DNA of 35,523 nt, from the IMG/VR virus record IMGVR_UViG_3300032320_000934, positions 1-35,523 of that record. One strand, given 5' to 3'. Each line of letters starts with the position of its first letter. The stretch's first letter is position 1. Below are positions 25,372 to 33,781 of this stretch, piece after piece. The notes beneath the pieces are model-generated. The model worked only from the letters and a program-made list of their open reading frames with translations. It made no database searches and was not told where the DNA came from. Position numbers and translations under genes: made by a program. Origin of the DNA: a virus (lineage: Duplodnaviria; Caudoviricetes).

Positions 25372-26109
25372 ATGGCGGTTCAAAAAAACACAACTAAAGC
25401 AGGCAATACTGTTTACGGTGACCCGAATAACTCTGTAGATTTATACGCAAACCCCGAAAACAGGGAAGGCGCTATTCAAAGAAACTCTGCGGCTACTGAG
25501 TTAATTAGGCGCATTTCTCATAGACAAGCTGCTAAAGATAGAGACTTTGCAAAGCTTACTACTAATAAAGACGGATTAGCTGACACAGAGCTAGAGGCTG
25601 CTTGGGGTAAACATTACGCTGATGCTGAAGCTATGGTTTCTCAACAAAAAGCAGACATTGCTGCTTTTGTAAAAGTTCACGGGACTATTCCTTCAGTACC
25701 TACGTTAGGTCCTTACACACAGTTTAGAGGTAATGGTGACGTAACTCCAAACTATGCGCGCCCATGGTATGGGGCTACCACTCCTGACAATGATGGTCAT
25801 GGGGGAAGTATTAGCGACCCTGGAACTTTCTATATTGGTGGAGGACTATTTAATGCTCCTCCGGGAAACTCACATTTAGCTGAGCACTATTCAGGAGGAA
25901 CTAACAACACAGTTGTTTGGCCAGAGGATAGAACTAGGTTTGGTGAAGGTATGGAAGTGGCCATGGCCGCTAACCAAAAAGGAAAAGAGCAAGCTGAAGC
26001 TAAAAAAGCAGCTTTCTCTAAAGCACAGCAAGATGCTGCTAAGCAAATTGAAGAAGTTAAATCTAAGAGTACTTATCCTACTCTTGAATCTAAAAGATTA
26101 GGGGTTTAA
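25372..26109 (+). CDS. hypothetical protein
   Basis: 245 aa, abutting the upstream stop codon. Confidence 0.8.
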   Translation: MAVQKNTTKAGNTVYGDPNNSVDLYANPENREGAIQRNSAATELIRRISHRQAAKDRDFAKLTTNKDGLADTELEAAWGKHYADAEAMVSQQKADIAAFVKVHGTIPSVPTLGPYTQFRGNGDVTPNYARPWYGATTPDNDGHGGSISDPGTFYIGGGLFNAPPGNSHLAEHYSGGTNNTVVWPEDRTRFGEGMEVAMAANQKGKEQAEAKKAAFSKAQQDAAKQIEEVKSKSTYPTLESKRLGV

Positions 26110-26112
26110 GTA

Positions 26113-26172
26113 ATGAACGAATGTAAATGCGGCAACTGCGGTTGCGGAAAGAAGGAACCAAATGGCAACTAA
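26113..26172 (+). CDS. 19-aa Cys-rich micropeptide (MNECKCGNCGCGKKEPNGN)
   Basis: fills the gap between two genes; ATG 3 nt after the upstream stop; 4 Cys. Confidence 0.45.
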   Translation: MNECKCGNCGCGKKEPNGN

Positions 26173-26443
26173 GAAGTGTACCTGTGGCAAGTGTGCCGCG
26201 TGTAAGAGGAATAAGTCTTCGTGGGTTGAGTCAAAGGCTGACAAGAAGATGCACAAGAAGCTAGAAAAAGGGATGACTCCTGCTCAGAAGAAGAAGTTTG
26301 AAGCTGAAAACAAGAAGATGGATGCTAAGAACCCTTCTAAAAAAGAAGACATTAAGATGGACAAGGCTCTAGCTGCTAAAATTAAGAAGTGTACTACAGG
26401 CAAGTGTGGTAAGTGCCACACCTGTAAGCCAAAGAAGAAGTAG
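26162..26443 (+). CDS. Lys-rich protein with terminal Cys clusters
   Basis: AAGGA RBS; CTCGKCAAC at the N-terminus, CTTGKCGKCHTC at the C-terminus. Confidence 0.85.
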   Translation: MATKKCTCGKCAACKRNKSSWVESKADKKMHKKLEKGMTPAQKKKFEAENKKMDAKNPSKKEDIKMDKALAAKIKKCTTGKCGKCHTCKPKKK

Positions 26444-26455
26444 CCCAACACAAAC

Positions 26456-26483
26456 AAACCCCTTGCATTGCAGGGGGTTTTTT
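26456..26483 (+). terminator. intrinsic terminator
   Basis: AAACCCCTTGC-ATT-GCAGGGGGTTT followed by TTT. Confidence 0.85.
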
Positions 26484-26491
26484 GTTATTGT
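26463..26491 (+). promoter_or_regulatory. SigA-type promoter giving a leaderless HNH mRNA
   Basis: TTGCAT (26463-26468), 17 nt, TGT-TATTGT (26486-26491); ATG 6 nt downstream, no SD. Confidence 0.6.
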
Positions 26492-26497
26492 GAACCC

Positions 26498-26872
26498 ATG
26501 AAGAAGAAAAAATTGCCTCGTCATAAACTAACCGAAATAGATGCAGACCTAATGCTGGCTTATTGCTCTGTCTGTGAAACTTTGGTCAAAATCCTTAAAG
26601 ATAAGGTTCGTGATGGGGTTCAGCATTACCGCTGTAAGAACCGCCATAGGGAAACGGTAAACAAAAACAAGGCTCCCTATCGCCAGTTTAAAAAGACTTT
26701 CTGTGAGGAGACTGAGTGTACAGCCACAATTCTCTACTCTTGCCAGCTTACGGTTGACCATATTGACGGAAACCGCCATAATAATGAGCTGTCTAACCTT
26801 ATGACGCTGTGCCATAACTGCCATGCTCTTAAGTCCTTCCGTAATAATGACTACCTAAATAAATACGATTAG
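26498..26872 (+). CDS. HNH endonuclease with zinc fingers
   Basis: LTVDHIDGNRHNNELSNLMTLCHNCHALK; CSVC at the N-terminus. Confidence 0.9.
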   Translation: MKKKKLPRHKLTEIDADLMLAYCSVCETLVKILKDKVRDGVQHYRCKNRHRETVNKNKAPYRQFKKTFCEETECTATILYSCQLTVDHIDGNRHNNELSNLMTLCHNCHALKSFRNNDYLNKYD

Positions 26873-26908
26873 CCTTTAATTTAAGCTAAAATTCCTTATC
26901 CTTAACTT

Positions 26909-26944
26909 GTAGCTGTTCGTGCGAACAGTTGCCTACTTTTGTAG
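26909..26944 (+). other. two adjacent hairpins upstream of the tail operon
   Basis: GTAGCTGTTC-GTGC-GAACAGTTGC then CTAC-TTTT-GTAG. Confidence 0.5.
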
Positions 26945-26965
26945 AACCTGCGCCTTAATAAGGAT

Positions 26966-27178
26966 ATGCGAATGTCTGAACAGAACTTCAACCCTTGGTG
27001 GAAGCACGTAAACGATTATCAGCAATTTGATGACCGTGAAGAGTTTCTCCGTGGAGCGATGGGATATAGACCTAACAATAAGCAAGAAGCTATGCTTAGC
27101 CTTTTACTTGCAGGTTATACAAATCAGAAATTCGATATTCCTAAGTCGTTAGGTTCTAAAAATGATTCTAGACCCTGA
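26966..27178 (+). CDS. hypothetical protein
   Basis: TAAGGA RBS; start at 26966 or 26972. Confidence 0.75.
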   Translation: MRMSEQNFNPWWKHVNDYQQFDDREEFLRGAMGYRPNNKQEAMLSLLLAGYTNQKFDIPKSLGSKNDSRP

Positions 27179-27467
27179 CGCCTTTGATAAAGCCTTTCAT
27201 GATACTGCAAAGGACATGACTGACGAGATTCGAAAGAATGCTTTGAGTAGCGGTTGGCACTCTGATGTTGTAAACAACATGAGCGTCAAATATAGCGAAA
27301 ACGATGGGTTTGTAGTAGACATCCACCCAGACTATAGCGAACGCGCTTTTATGCATGAGTTTGGCTCTCCAGGAAAACCTCCAACAGCAGTTATTAGAAA
27401 GTATCGAAATAAAGATACAAATTCTGAAGCCTCATTTTTTAAACACCTAGAGAGACACGGAAAGTAA
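27162..27467 (+). CDS. putative neck/tail-completion protein (HK97 gp10-like)
   Basis: AFMHEFGS...PP..VIR; position in the gene order. Confidence 0.6.
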   Translation: MILDPDAFDKAFHDTAKDMTDEIRKNALSSGWHSDVVNNMSVKYSENDGFVVDIHPDYSERAFMHEFGSPGKPPTAVIRKYRNKDTNSEASFFKHLERHGK

Positions 27468-27468
27468 T

Positions 27469-28134
27469 ATGTCATTTTTACTTGCTGAAGATAAAGCTCT
27501 GAGGGAAAAACTACAGGGCATCACTGTCTATGACCAAAAGTCAAATGAAATGGAAACTCCTCGTCAAGTTGGAGTATTCTTTGGTCAGCCTGACCAGGAA
27601 CTTAGAACTCAGATTTACCCGTATATTACTATCGATTTAATTGATATTAATAGAGATATGGAACGAGAGATGCGTGGAAAAACACACGCAAGCTATTTAA
27701 TTCCAGATAGTATTACTATAGGTGCTGGTGAATCTTTTGAAACAGATTTGCCAATTCCGGTTACTCTGGACTACCAAATTACTGCGTATTCACGTAACCC
27801 AGTGCACGACCGTACTCTTATGGCACAGTTGTTGCACTCTAAACTACCTTTTAGATTTGGCTACTTAGATATAGTGGAAAAGAGCGTCACCTCAGGTGGT
27901 ACCACTACTAACACTAATACTCTACGTCGCCTAGATGTTTTGGATGTCTCTAAACGCGATATGACAGAATCGGGTAAGAGACTATTCATGAACGCTGTAA
28001 CTGTGCGTGTTTCTAGCGAAATTCCACAGGATACTTACAAAAAAATAATCGGAGTACAACAGGCAGTTATACGAGTTACAACTATGCCTGACGGTCCAAC
28101 TCAAATTACTGAGACTTCTACAATAACTGAATAA
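27469..28134 (+). CDS. putative tail terminator protein
   Basis: YPYITIDLIDI..D..R, P.PVTLDYQITAYSR; directly before the sheath gene. Confidence 0.7.
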   Translation: MSFLLAEDKALREKLQGITVYDQKSNEMETPRQVGVFFGQPDQELRTQIYPYITIDLIDINRDMEREMRGKTHASYLIPDSITIGAGESFETDLPIPVTLDYQITAYSRNPVHDRTLMAQLLHSKLPFRFGYLDIVEKSVTSGGTTTNTNTLRRLDVLDVSKRDMTESGKRLFMNAVTVRVSSEIPQDTYKKIIGVQQAVIRVTTMPDGPTQITETSTITE

Positions 28135-28175
28135 CCCGGAACCTCTCGAAAAAACTAACTAACCAAGGAGTCTAA

Positions 28176-29756
28176 ATGACTGTGTATAACCACCCTGGAG
28201 TTTATATTAATGAACTTCCATTAGCGGTAACCACCAATGCATTCGGCTATTCAGCTATTGCTTCTGGTGCTATCGTGGCTCAATTTGCCAAGGGCCCAAC
28301 AACAATTACCCGAGTTACTTCTTACTCTCAGTTTGAAGATAAATTTGGTAGCCTAAATGGTAGCTATCCTGCTACTTACAGCGTAAGAATGTTCTTCAAC
28401 AATGGTGGAACAGACCTTTACGTTCGTCGTGTAGTTGCATCTGATGCCCCTCAAGCAACAGTTGACATTTACGACACCGCTTCAACTCCTATTAAAGTTG
28501 CTGCTATTCAAGCAAAGTACAAGGGTAACAACAGCGTCTCTCTTCGAGTTAAGGTAGATAACAAAGTTACTATTAATGGAAAAGACTATTATGATTTCCA
28601 CGTATACTTTGATGATGGTGACAGCGACTACATCAGCAGCACCTTTACACAAAGCAGAGCATCTCTTAACACAGAGGTTGAGCGCTTTAATTCAGTTAGC
28701 TTTGACCAGCCTGACTCTAGCAGTTACATTAAAACAGTTCTTGCATTGTCATCTAACCATGTTCAAGTAAACGGAACTGTAACTGCTCCTACTGCAACTA
28801 TAAACGCTTTGTACTACCCATTGACAGGAACTCTAAGCACTGCAACTCTTGTTAAGGGAGATTACACTGGTGATACTGGAAACGCAGGAACTGTTGCATC
28901 ATACGCGGTGTTCAACGAGTTTAACGTTGTTGACTGTCCACTTGTGTTCTTCCTTCCGGATGCAACTAAGTTCTTGAGTGATGCAAACTCTCAAACTGTA
29001 TTCAATGCTTTGATTGCATGGAGTGAAGTAAACACAAGCCGATTTACAATACTAGACACTCCAGTAGACTTGAGTGTTGCTGCAGCTGGAACTTATGCTG
29101 GCCAGTTAACTGTGTCAAGCCGTGCAGCAGTTTACTACCCACACGTATTTATCAAGGACACCTCAATCAGCGGTAGCCCACTTCGTAAGATTGGCCCAGC
29201 TGGTGCTGTTGCAGGTCTGTACTTGTTCAATGACCGCAAGGCTGGTCCTTACAAGACTCCTGCTGGTATTGGAGCTAAAATTCAAGATGCTATTGCTATT
29301 GAAAAGCTACTTACAAATGATGACTTAGATACTCTAAACAACTCTACTTACCCATTGAACGCTATTCGTAACGTTCCTGGTGCAGGAATTGTTGTAATGG
29401 GTGGACGTACTCTAAAGCAGGATGGAACAGCAAACCGCTATGTTGCAATGCGCCGTTCTCTAACCTACATCGAAAAGAGTTTGTCAGACCTTACTCAGTT
29501 TGCTGTGTTTGAAAGCAACAGTGAGGCTCTATGGGCTCGTATTACAACTACTCTTTCTGCATTCCTAAACACATACCGCAACCAGGGTGGTCTAAGAGGA
29601 GCAAATCCTGAAGACGCATTCTTTGTTAAGTGTGACTCAGAAAACAACTCATCACAGTCTATCGCTAACGGAATTGTTAACGTTGATGTTGGTGTTGCTC
29701 TTGAGTACCCAGGTGAGTTTGTAATCATCAACCTAAGCCAAATCGTCGGCCAGTAA
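28176..29756 (+). CDS. tail sheath protein
   Basis: HPGVYINE, AVYYPHV, GIVVMGGRTL, RYVAMRR, AVFESN, AFFVKCD, GEFVII. Confidence 0.97.
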   Translation: MTVYNHPGVYINELPLAVTTNAFGYSAIASGAIVAQFAKGPTTITRVTSYSQFEDKFGSLNGSYPATYSVRMFFNNGGTDLYVRRVVASDAPQATVDIYDTASTPIKVAAIQAKYKGNNSVSLRVKVDNKVTINGKDYYDFHVYFDDGDSDYISSTFTQSRASLNTEVERFNSVSFDQPDSSSYIKTVLALSSNHVQVNGTVTAPTATINALYYPLTGTLSTATLVKGDYTGDTGNAGTVASYAVFNEFNVVDCPLVFFLPDATKFLSDANSQTVFNALIAWSEVNTSRFTILDTPVDLSVAAAGTYAGQLTVSSRAAVYYPHVFIKDTSISGSPLRKIGPAGAVAGLYLFNDRKAGPYKTPAGIGAKIQDAIAIEKLLTNDDLDTLNNSTYPLNAIRNVPGAGIVVMGGRTLKQDGTANRYVAMRRSLTYIEKSLSDLTQFAVFESNSEALWARITTTLSAFLNTYRNQGGLRGANPEDAFFVKCDSENNSSQSIANGIVNVDVGVALEYPGEFVIINLSQIVGQ

Positions 29757-29775
29757 TCTAAGGAGAAAATAAACT

Positions 29776-30405
29776 ATGGCTACAGTAATCAATAACCGCT
29801 CAACACTTGAGACAGACCCAATCAGAAACTTTAGGTTTCTCGTTACTTTCAAGCCGTTAAACTCTGGAGATGCTACTTGGCTTCCAGCTGGCGTACAGAA
29901 AGTAACTGTTGGATTCACTTCGGTTTCGGGACTAGCAGTAACTACTGACTCAATCCCTTACCGTGAAGGTGGATACAACACCACTGTCCACCAGATTCCT
30001 GGTCAGACAACTTTTGCTCCTATCTCGCTACAGCGTGGTGTCGTTCTTGGTACCAAGCAGCACTGGGACTGGATGCGTCAGTTGTTTGCAACCGTACAGG
30101 GTGGCACAAACCGCGCAAACCAGGCAACTAACTTCCGTTGCGACGTTGAAATTGCAGTGCTATCGCACCCAATTGCTGGTTCAGGTGGTGGAAACACTGA
30201 GTTGACTGGTGCTAACTACACTGACCACGTATCAATGCGATTCCAGGTATACAACGCTTGGCCAACCAACGTTGCATACTCAGACCTAAACGCAGGTGAC
30301 AACGCTATCTTCGTAGAGCAGATGACTCTTGTTCACGAAGGTTTTGACGTCAACTGGGCCACAAACCTAACTGCTGCAGGTTCAGCTAAACCATTTGCTA
30401 ACTAA
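29776..30405 (+). CDS. tail tube protein (T4 gp19-like)
   Basis: DPIRNFRF, GFTSVSGL, YREGG, ISLQRG, YNAWPT, SDLNA, EQMTLVHEG. Confidence 0.95.
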   Translation: MATVINNRSTLETDPIRNFRFLVTFKPLNSGDATWLPAGVQKVTVGFTSVSGLAVTTDSIPYREGGYNTTVHQIPGQTTFAPISLQRGVVLGTKQHWDWMRQLFATVQGGTNRANQATNFRCDVEIAVLSHPIAGSGGGNTELTGANYTDHVSMRFQVYNAWPTNVAYSDLNAGDNAIFVEQMTLVHEGFDVNWATNLTAAGSAKPFAN

Positions 30406-30431
30406 TTAAAAATAACATAGGAGAATAAACC

Positions 30432-31244
30432 GTGAATGAAAAAGTAACAGCCGCCAATCCAAATCTACTAAACCAGCTCGCAGAGCAGGCTATGGCGGAA
30501 GGAAAACAACAAGAACAAGTATTTTCAGAAATTACATACCCTTCAGATTCTATGGTGCTTCTCCCTGGTGGCTACATTACAGCCACTGGGGAGGTCATCA
30601 AGACCGCAGAAGTTCGTGAACTAAACGGTAAGGATGAAGAGTATATCGGAAGGGCAGCTACTCTTGCTAAGGCATTCAATGGCCTTCTAGAAAGAGCGGT
30701 TGTTTCTATTGGAGATATGCCAGTAACTTCAGAGATGATTGACCGGCTTTTGGTTGGTGATAGAGACGCACTTTTGTTGGGAATCTATAAAGTCACTTTT
30801 GGAAATGAGGCAGAACTCGAAGGTTTCTGTAATGGTTGTTCAGAGTATAAGCCGGTGCAGATTGACGTTGATGAGGATATCGAGATTACTACCTTGGCTC
30901 ATCCTATCAATGACCGTAAGTTCACTGTTAAGGGTAAGAAGCACAGCTATCTTATTTCTTTACCAGATGGAACTACACAGAAACACCTTGTTAATAACTC
31001 GGACAAAACTGTAGCAGAACTAACAACATTACTATTGGAGCAAACCGTTCTTGAAATAGATGACACACCAGTACTTAGTAAGCTTCAGGCACAGGGCATT
31101 AACTTGGCTGACCGTCGTAGAATTGGCGAAGAGTTAGCAAAACGTGCTCCTGGACCAAAGTTTAATAATATTGAAGTAGAATGCCCTGACTGTGAAGGAA
31201 AGGTCGTGGTCCCGATTAATATTGGGACTTTATTTCGGTTCTAA
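30432..31244 (+). CDS. tail assembly chaperone / T4 gp26-like hub assembly protein
   Basis: VRELNGKDEE, LLVGDRDALL.GI...TFG, two CxxC; lies between tube and tape measure. Confidence 0.8.
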   Translation: MNEKVTAANPNLLNQLAEQAMAEGKQQEQVFSEITYPSDSMVLLPGGYITATGEVIKTAEVRELNGKDEEYIGRAATLAKAFNGLLERAVVSIGDMPVTSEMIDRLLVGDRDALLLGIYKVTFGNEAELEGFCNGCSEYKPVQIDVDEDIEITTLAHPINDRKFTVKGKKHSYLISLPDGTTQKHLVNNSDKTVAELTTLLLEQTVLEIDDTPVLSKLQAQGINLADRRRIGEELAKRAPGPKFNNIEVECPDCEGKVVVPINIGTLFRF

Positions 31245-31407
31245 TGTAACTAGGTATAGAACATTACTCGAGGAATGGGCTTTGGTTTCAACCGCATTTT
31301 CTGGTTGGAGTTTAGAAGAAGTTAAAAGCCTTAGTCCTAGAGAAAGAACTAATTGGCTAGAGATAGCTAAATTTTTTGGAAAAGTAAGCAGGAAGTCCGA
31401 TGGCTGA
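31234..31407 (+). CDS. chaperone C-terminal extension (T-type ORF), probably reached by frameshifting
   Basis: LLEEW...GWSLEEVKSLSPRERTNWL in the +1 frame; no in-frame ATG. Confidence 0.7.
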   Translation, partial: FGSNVTRYRTLLEEWALVSTAFSGWSLEEVKSLSPRERTNWLEIAKFFGKVSRKSDG

Positions 31408-33781
31408 CAAAGAGTTAACTGGTAAAGAGCTAAAGCAAAATCTTACCCAGGCTAAAAAAGATGCTGCAGATATTGCTAAGTCTTCTAAAACAATTAAAGA
31501 TAGCTTAGCTGATGCAGCAAAGAGCCTAACTAAGTTTGGTGGAGTATCTGGTGTTGGCACTAAGCTAGCTGGCGCTGTCCTTGGCCAAAGAAGCATGGGC
31601 TACGGTAACACTGGCGGTATGCCGGGTCCTGCTGATTTGCAAAACAGCTTATTCCGACCAGGAGTCGGTCTATCTGACTTTACCAACTTTGCTGCTGGTA
31701 TGTCTAAAGGCTTTTCTAATTTTCTTCCTGACGTATCTTCAACTATTCAACGTGCTGGTACTTATTATAACGCGACTATTATGGGAGGCTTCAGAGGCGC
31801 TAAAAGAATAAGTCGTGGTGAAGTTGAAAACGCAACTTATGGAACTCTCTCATCAATGATGGGTATCACCAGTTCCGGCTCAAGCGCAAATGTTGCTAAT
31901 ATTTTTGCTAATCAAGGAATGACTGCTGGAAGTGACACATACACTCGAAATGTTAGAGCTGTAGGTAACGCTGCTAGATACCTAAACATGTCTAACGAGA
32001 CTGCTGCAGCGGCTATTGGTGGTCTTGGAACTGGAGCTATGTCTGCCAATATTATGCGTAATTTTGGTATCTATACTACTGACCCAATCACCGGTAAAGA
32101 AAGAAGCATGGCTGAAATCTTTGAAGATTTGGCTGGAAGAATGGAAAGGCCTGGAGCAAATGCTACTGCTGAAGACGTTCAAAACTCTATTCGTAAAGGT
32201 GCCCTTGGAGCGAATATCGCAGCTTCTGGCCTAAGTGCTGACCAGCAGCAGTTGTTTAAGCAGTACATGATTGAACGTGCTACCGGTAATAAGATGGACT
32301 TGAGTGACCAGGGTCAAATGAAAAAGTTGATGGACGCTCAAAGTGCTAGAAGTCTAGAAACTGGGTTGACTGAATTTAACGAAAACCCATTAAACTCTTT
32401 AATGGACCTTGAAACTTCAGCAGAGGGTGCAGAAAAAGCTGCTACTCCACAATACATCCACGGTCTTAAAACAGCTACAGTCGCTCTTAAAGGATTGGAC
32501 CTTGTTGCTGGAGTTTTGGCTAGAACAATGGGTGGGTTAACTTCTAGCCTTCAAGTTGTTTTAGGTGGTAGAACGACTCAAGGTTTAATGGGTATGGCAA
32601 ATTCTAGCCTTAACCTAATAAGCAGCGGACTTGAAGCGATTATGTCTGCAGACCCAACTGGTATCTCTAGAGCTGTTGCTGGTGCCTCGGCGGTTGCTGC
32701 TGGTGGAGTTGGCTTAACTGGACTAGTTGCTACCGCACAAATGGGTACTGCTGGAGTTGGTGCAGGGCTAATGGGTGGAAGTGGAGCAAACGCTGGTGGT
32801 CCAGGTGGAGCAACATCTGCAGATAAGTCAATGGGTTCTGATACAGGTTCTATTTCAGATATGTTTGGTGGACTTGATAAAGGTGGAGTAACCCTAGGCG
32901 CATCTGGTGGAAATTCATTTAGTCCTCCGTTAAAAGGTACTTTGACTACTAGTGGTGGGTACAAATACGGGGAAGTTGAAAAGGCAGGAAACGGAACTGC
33001 AGGTCAGGTTCACGATGGAATTGACTATGCTGCTGGTAAAGACACAGACGTTTTTGCTGTGACTGGTGGAACAATTGCTGGTTGTGTTTACGACGACCCA
33101 GAAAACAAGATTGGTGACGACGGTGAGCCAATCTACTCGGGAACTACATATGGAAACTATGTAAAAATAGACCACGGTGTGGGTAAAAACGGAAAAAGAG
33201 TTTATAGCCTTTATGCACACCTATTAAAAGGAAGTACTCCATCTAGCCTTAGAAAAAAGGGTGCAAAAGTAAAGGCTGGAGAATTTATTGGTAAAGTCGG
33301 TAGGACTGGTAAATCTTATGGGTACCACCTTCACTATGAGGTTTTTGAAGGAACAACTACTGTAGACCCCAAGACTCTTAGACAACTTTTAGCAACCGGC
33401 TCTAAAGGTAACACTTATGGAGTTAGTGAAGCACAGGCAACTCAAGCAAGTAACCTTTTTACTGGTCTTCAAGCCCTTTATGGGGGTGACTTAAACACTG
33501 CTTTTTCTAAACTAGGGTCTGCTTTAAATATTGATTTAGGCGCTATGTACGGTGTTTCTGAAGGAACATCACCTGGAATGTCTGCATCTAATACTGGTAG
33601 TGGAGCTACCGGTTCTAGTGGAACCGCTGGTGGCGGTGGAGCTGGAGGCGTAGTTAATAACGTTGGTGGTATTACTGTAAATATTAAAGACGCTACCCCT
33701 GAATCCGCTAAGAAGTTTGCTGAGTATGTTCAAGAGTATCTAAACAATCAATCTTTGACATCTAACCTTGGGAGTCTATAA
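31400..33781 (+). CDS. tape measure protein with C-terminal M23 peptidase domain
   Basis: Ala/Gly-rich helical region; HDGIDY...YGNYVKIDH...LYAHL...VGRTGKSYGYHLHYEV. Confidence 0.9.
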   Translation: MADKELTGKELKQNLTQAKKDAADIAKSSKTIKDSLADAAKSLTKFGGVSGVGTKLAGAVLGQRSMGYGNTGGMPGPADLQNSLFRPGVGLSDFTNFAAGMSKGFSNFLPDVSSTIQRAGTYYNATIMGGFRGAKRISRGEVENATYGTLSSMMGITSSGSSANVANIFANQGMTAGSDTYTRNVRAVGNAARYLNMSNETAAAAIGGLGTGAMSANIMRNFGIYTTDPITGKERSMAEIFEDLAGRMERPGANATAEDVQNSIRKGALGANIAASGLSADQQQLFKQYMIERATGNKMDLSDQGQMKKLMDAQSARSLETGLTEFNENPLNSLMDLETSAEGAEKAATPQYIHGLKTATVALKGLDLVAGVLARTMGGLTSSLQVVLGGRTTQGLMGMANSSLNLISSGLEAIMSADPTGISRAVAGASAVAAGGVGLTGLVATAQMGTAGVGAGLMGGSGANAGGPGGATSADKSMGSDTGSISDMFGGLDKGGVTLGASGGNSFSPPLKGTLTTSGGYKYGEVEKAGNGTAGQVHDGIDYAAGKDTDVFAVTGGTIAGCVYDDPENKIGDDGEPIYSGTTYGNYVKIDHGVGKNGKRVYSLYAHLLKGSTPSSLRKKGAKVKAGEFIGKVGRTGKSYGYHLHYEVFEGTTTVDPKTLRQLLATGSKGNTYGVSEAQATQASNLFTGLQALYGGDLNTAFSKLGSALNIDLGAMYGVSEGTSPGMSASNTGSGATGSSGTAGGGGAGGVVNNVGGITVNIKDATPESAKKFAEYVQEYLNNQSLTSNLGSL

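Noticed and set aside
23489-26172. Identical 12-mer AATGGCAACTAA at two gene overlaps
   Set aside because: Explained by both downstream genes starting MATK; not independent evidence of a repeat element.
181-33220. All minus-strand ORFs in the track (e.g. 181..522, 3792..4178, 4526..4981, 6291..6599, 32578..32964)
   Set aside because: They lie antisense to well-supported + strand genes and show no recognisable motifs; they are best explained as codon-bias shadows.
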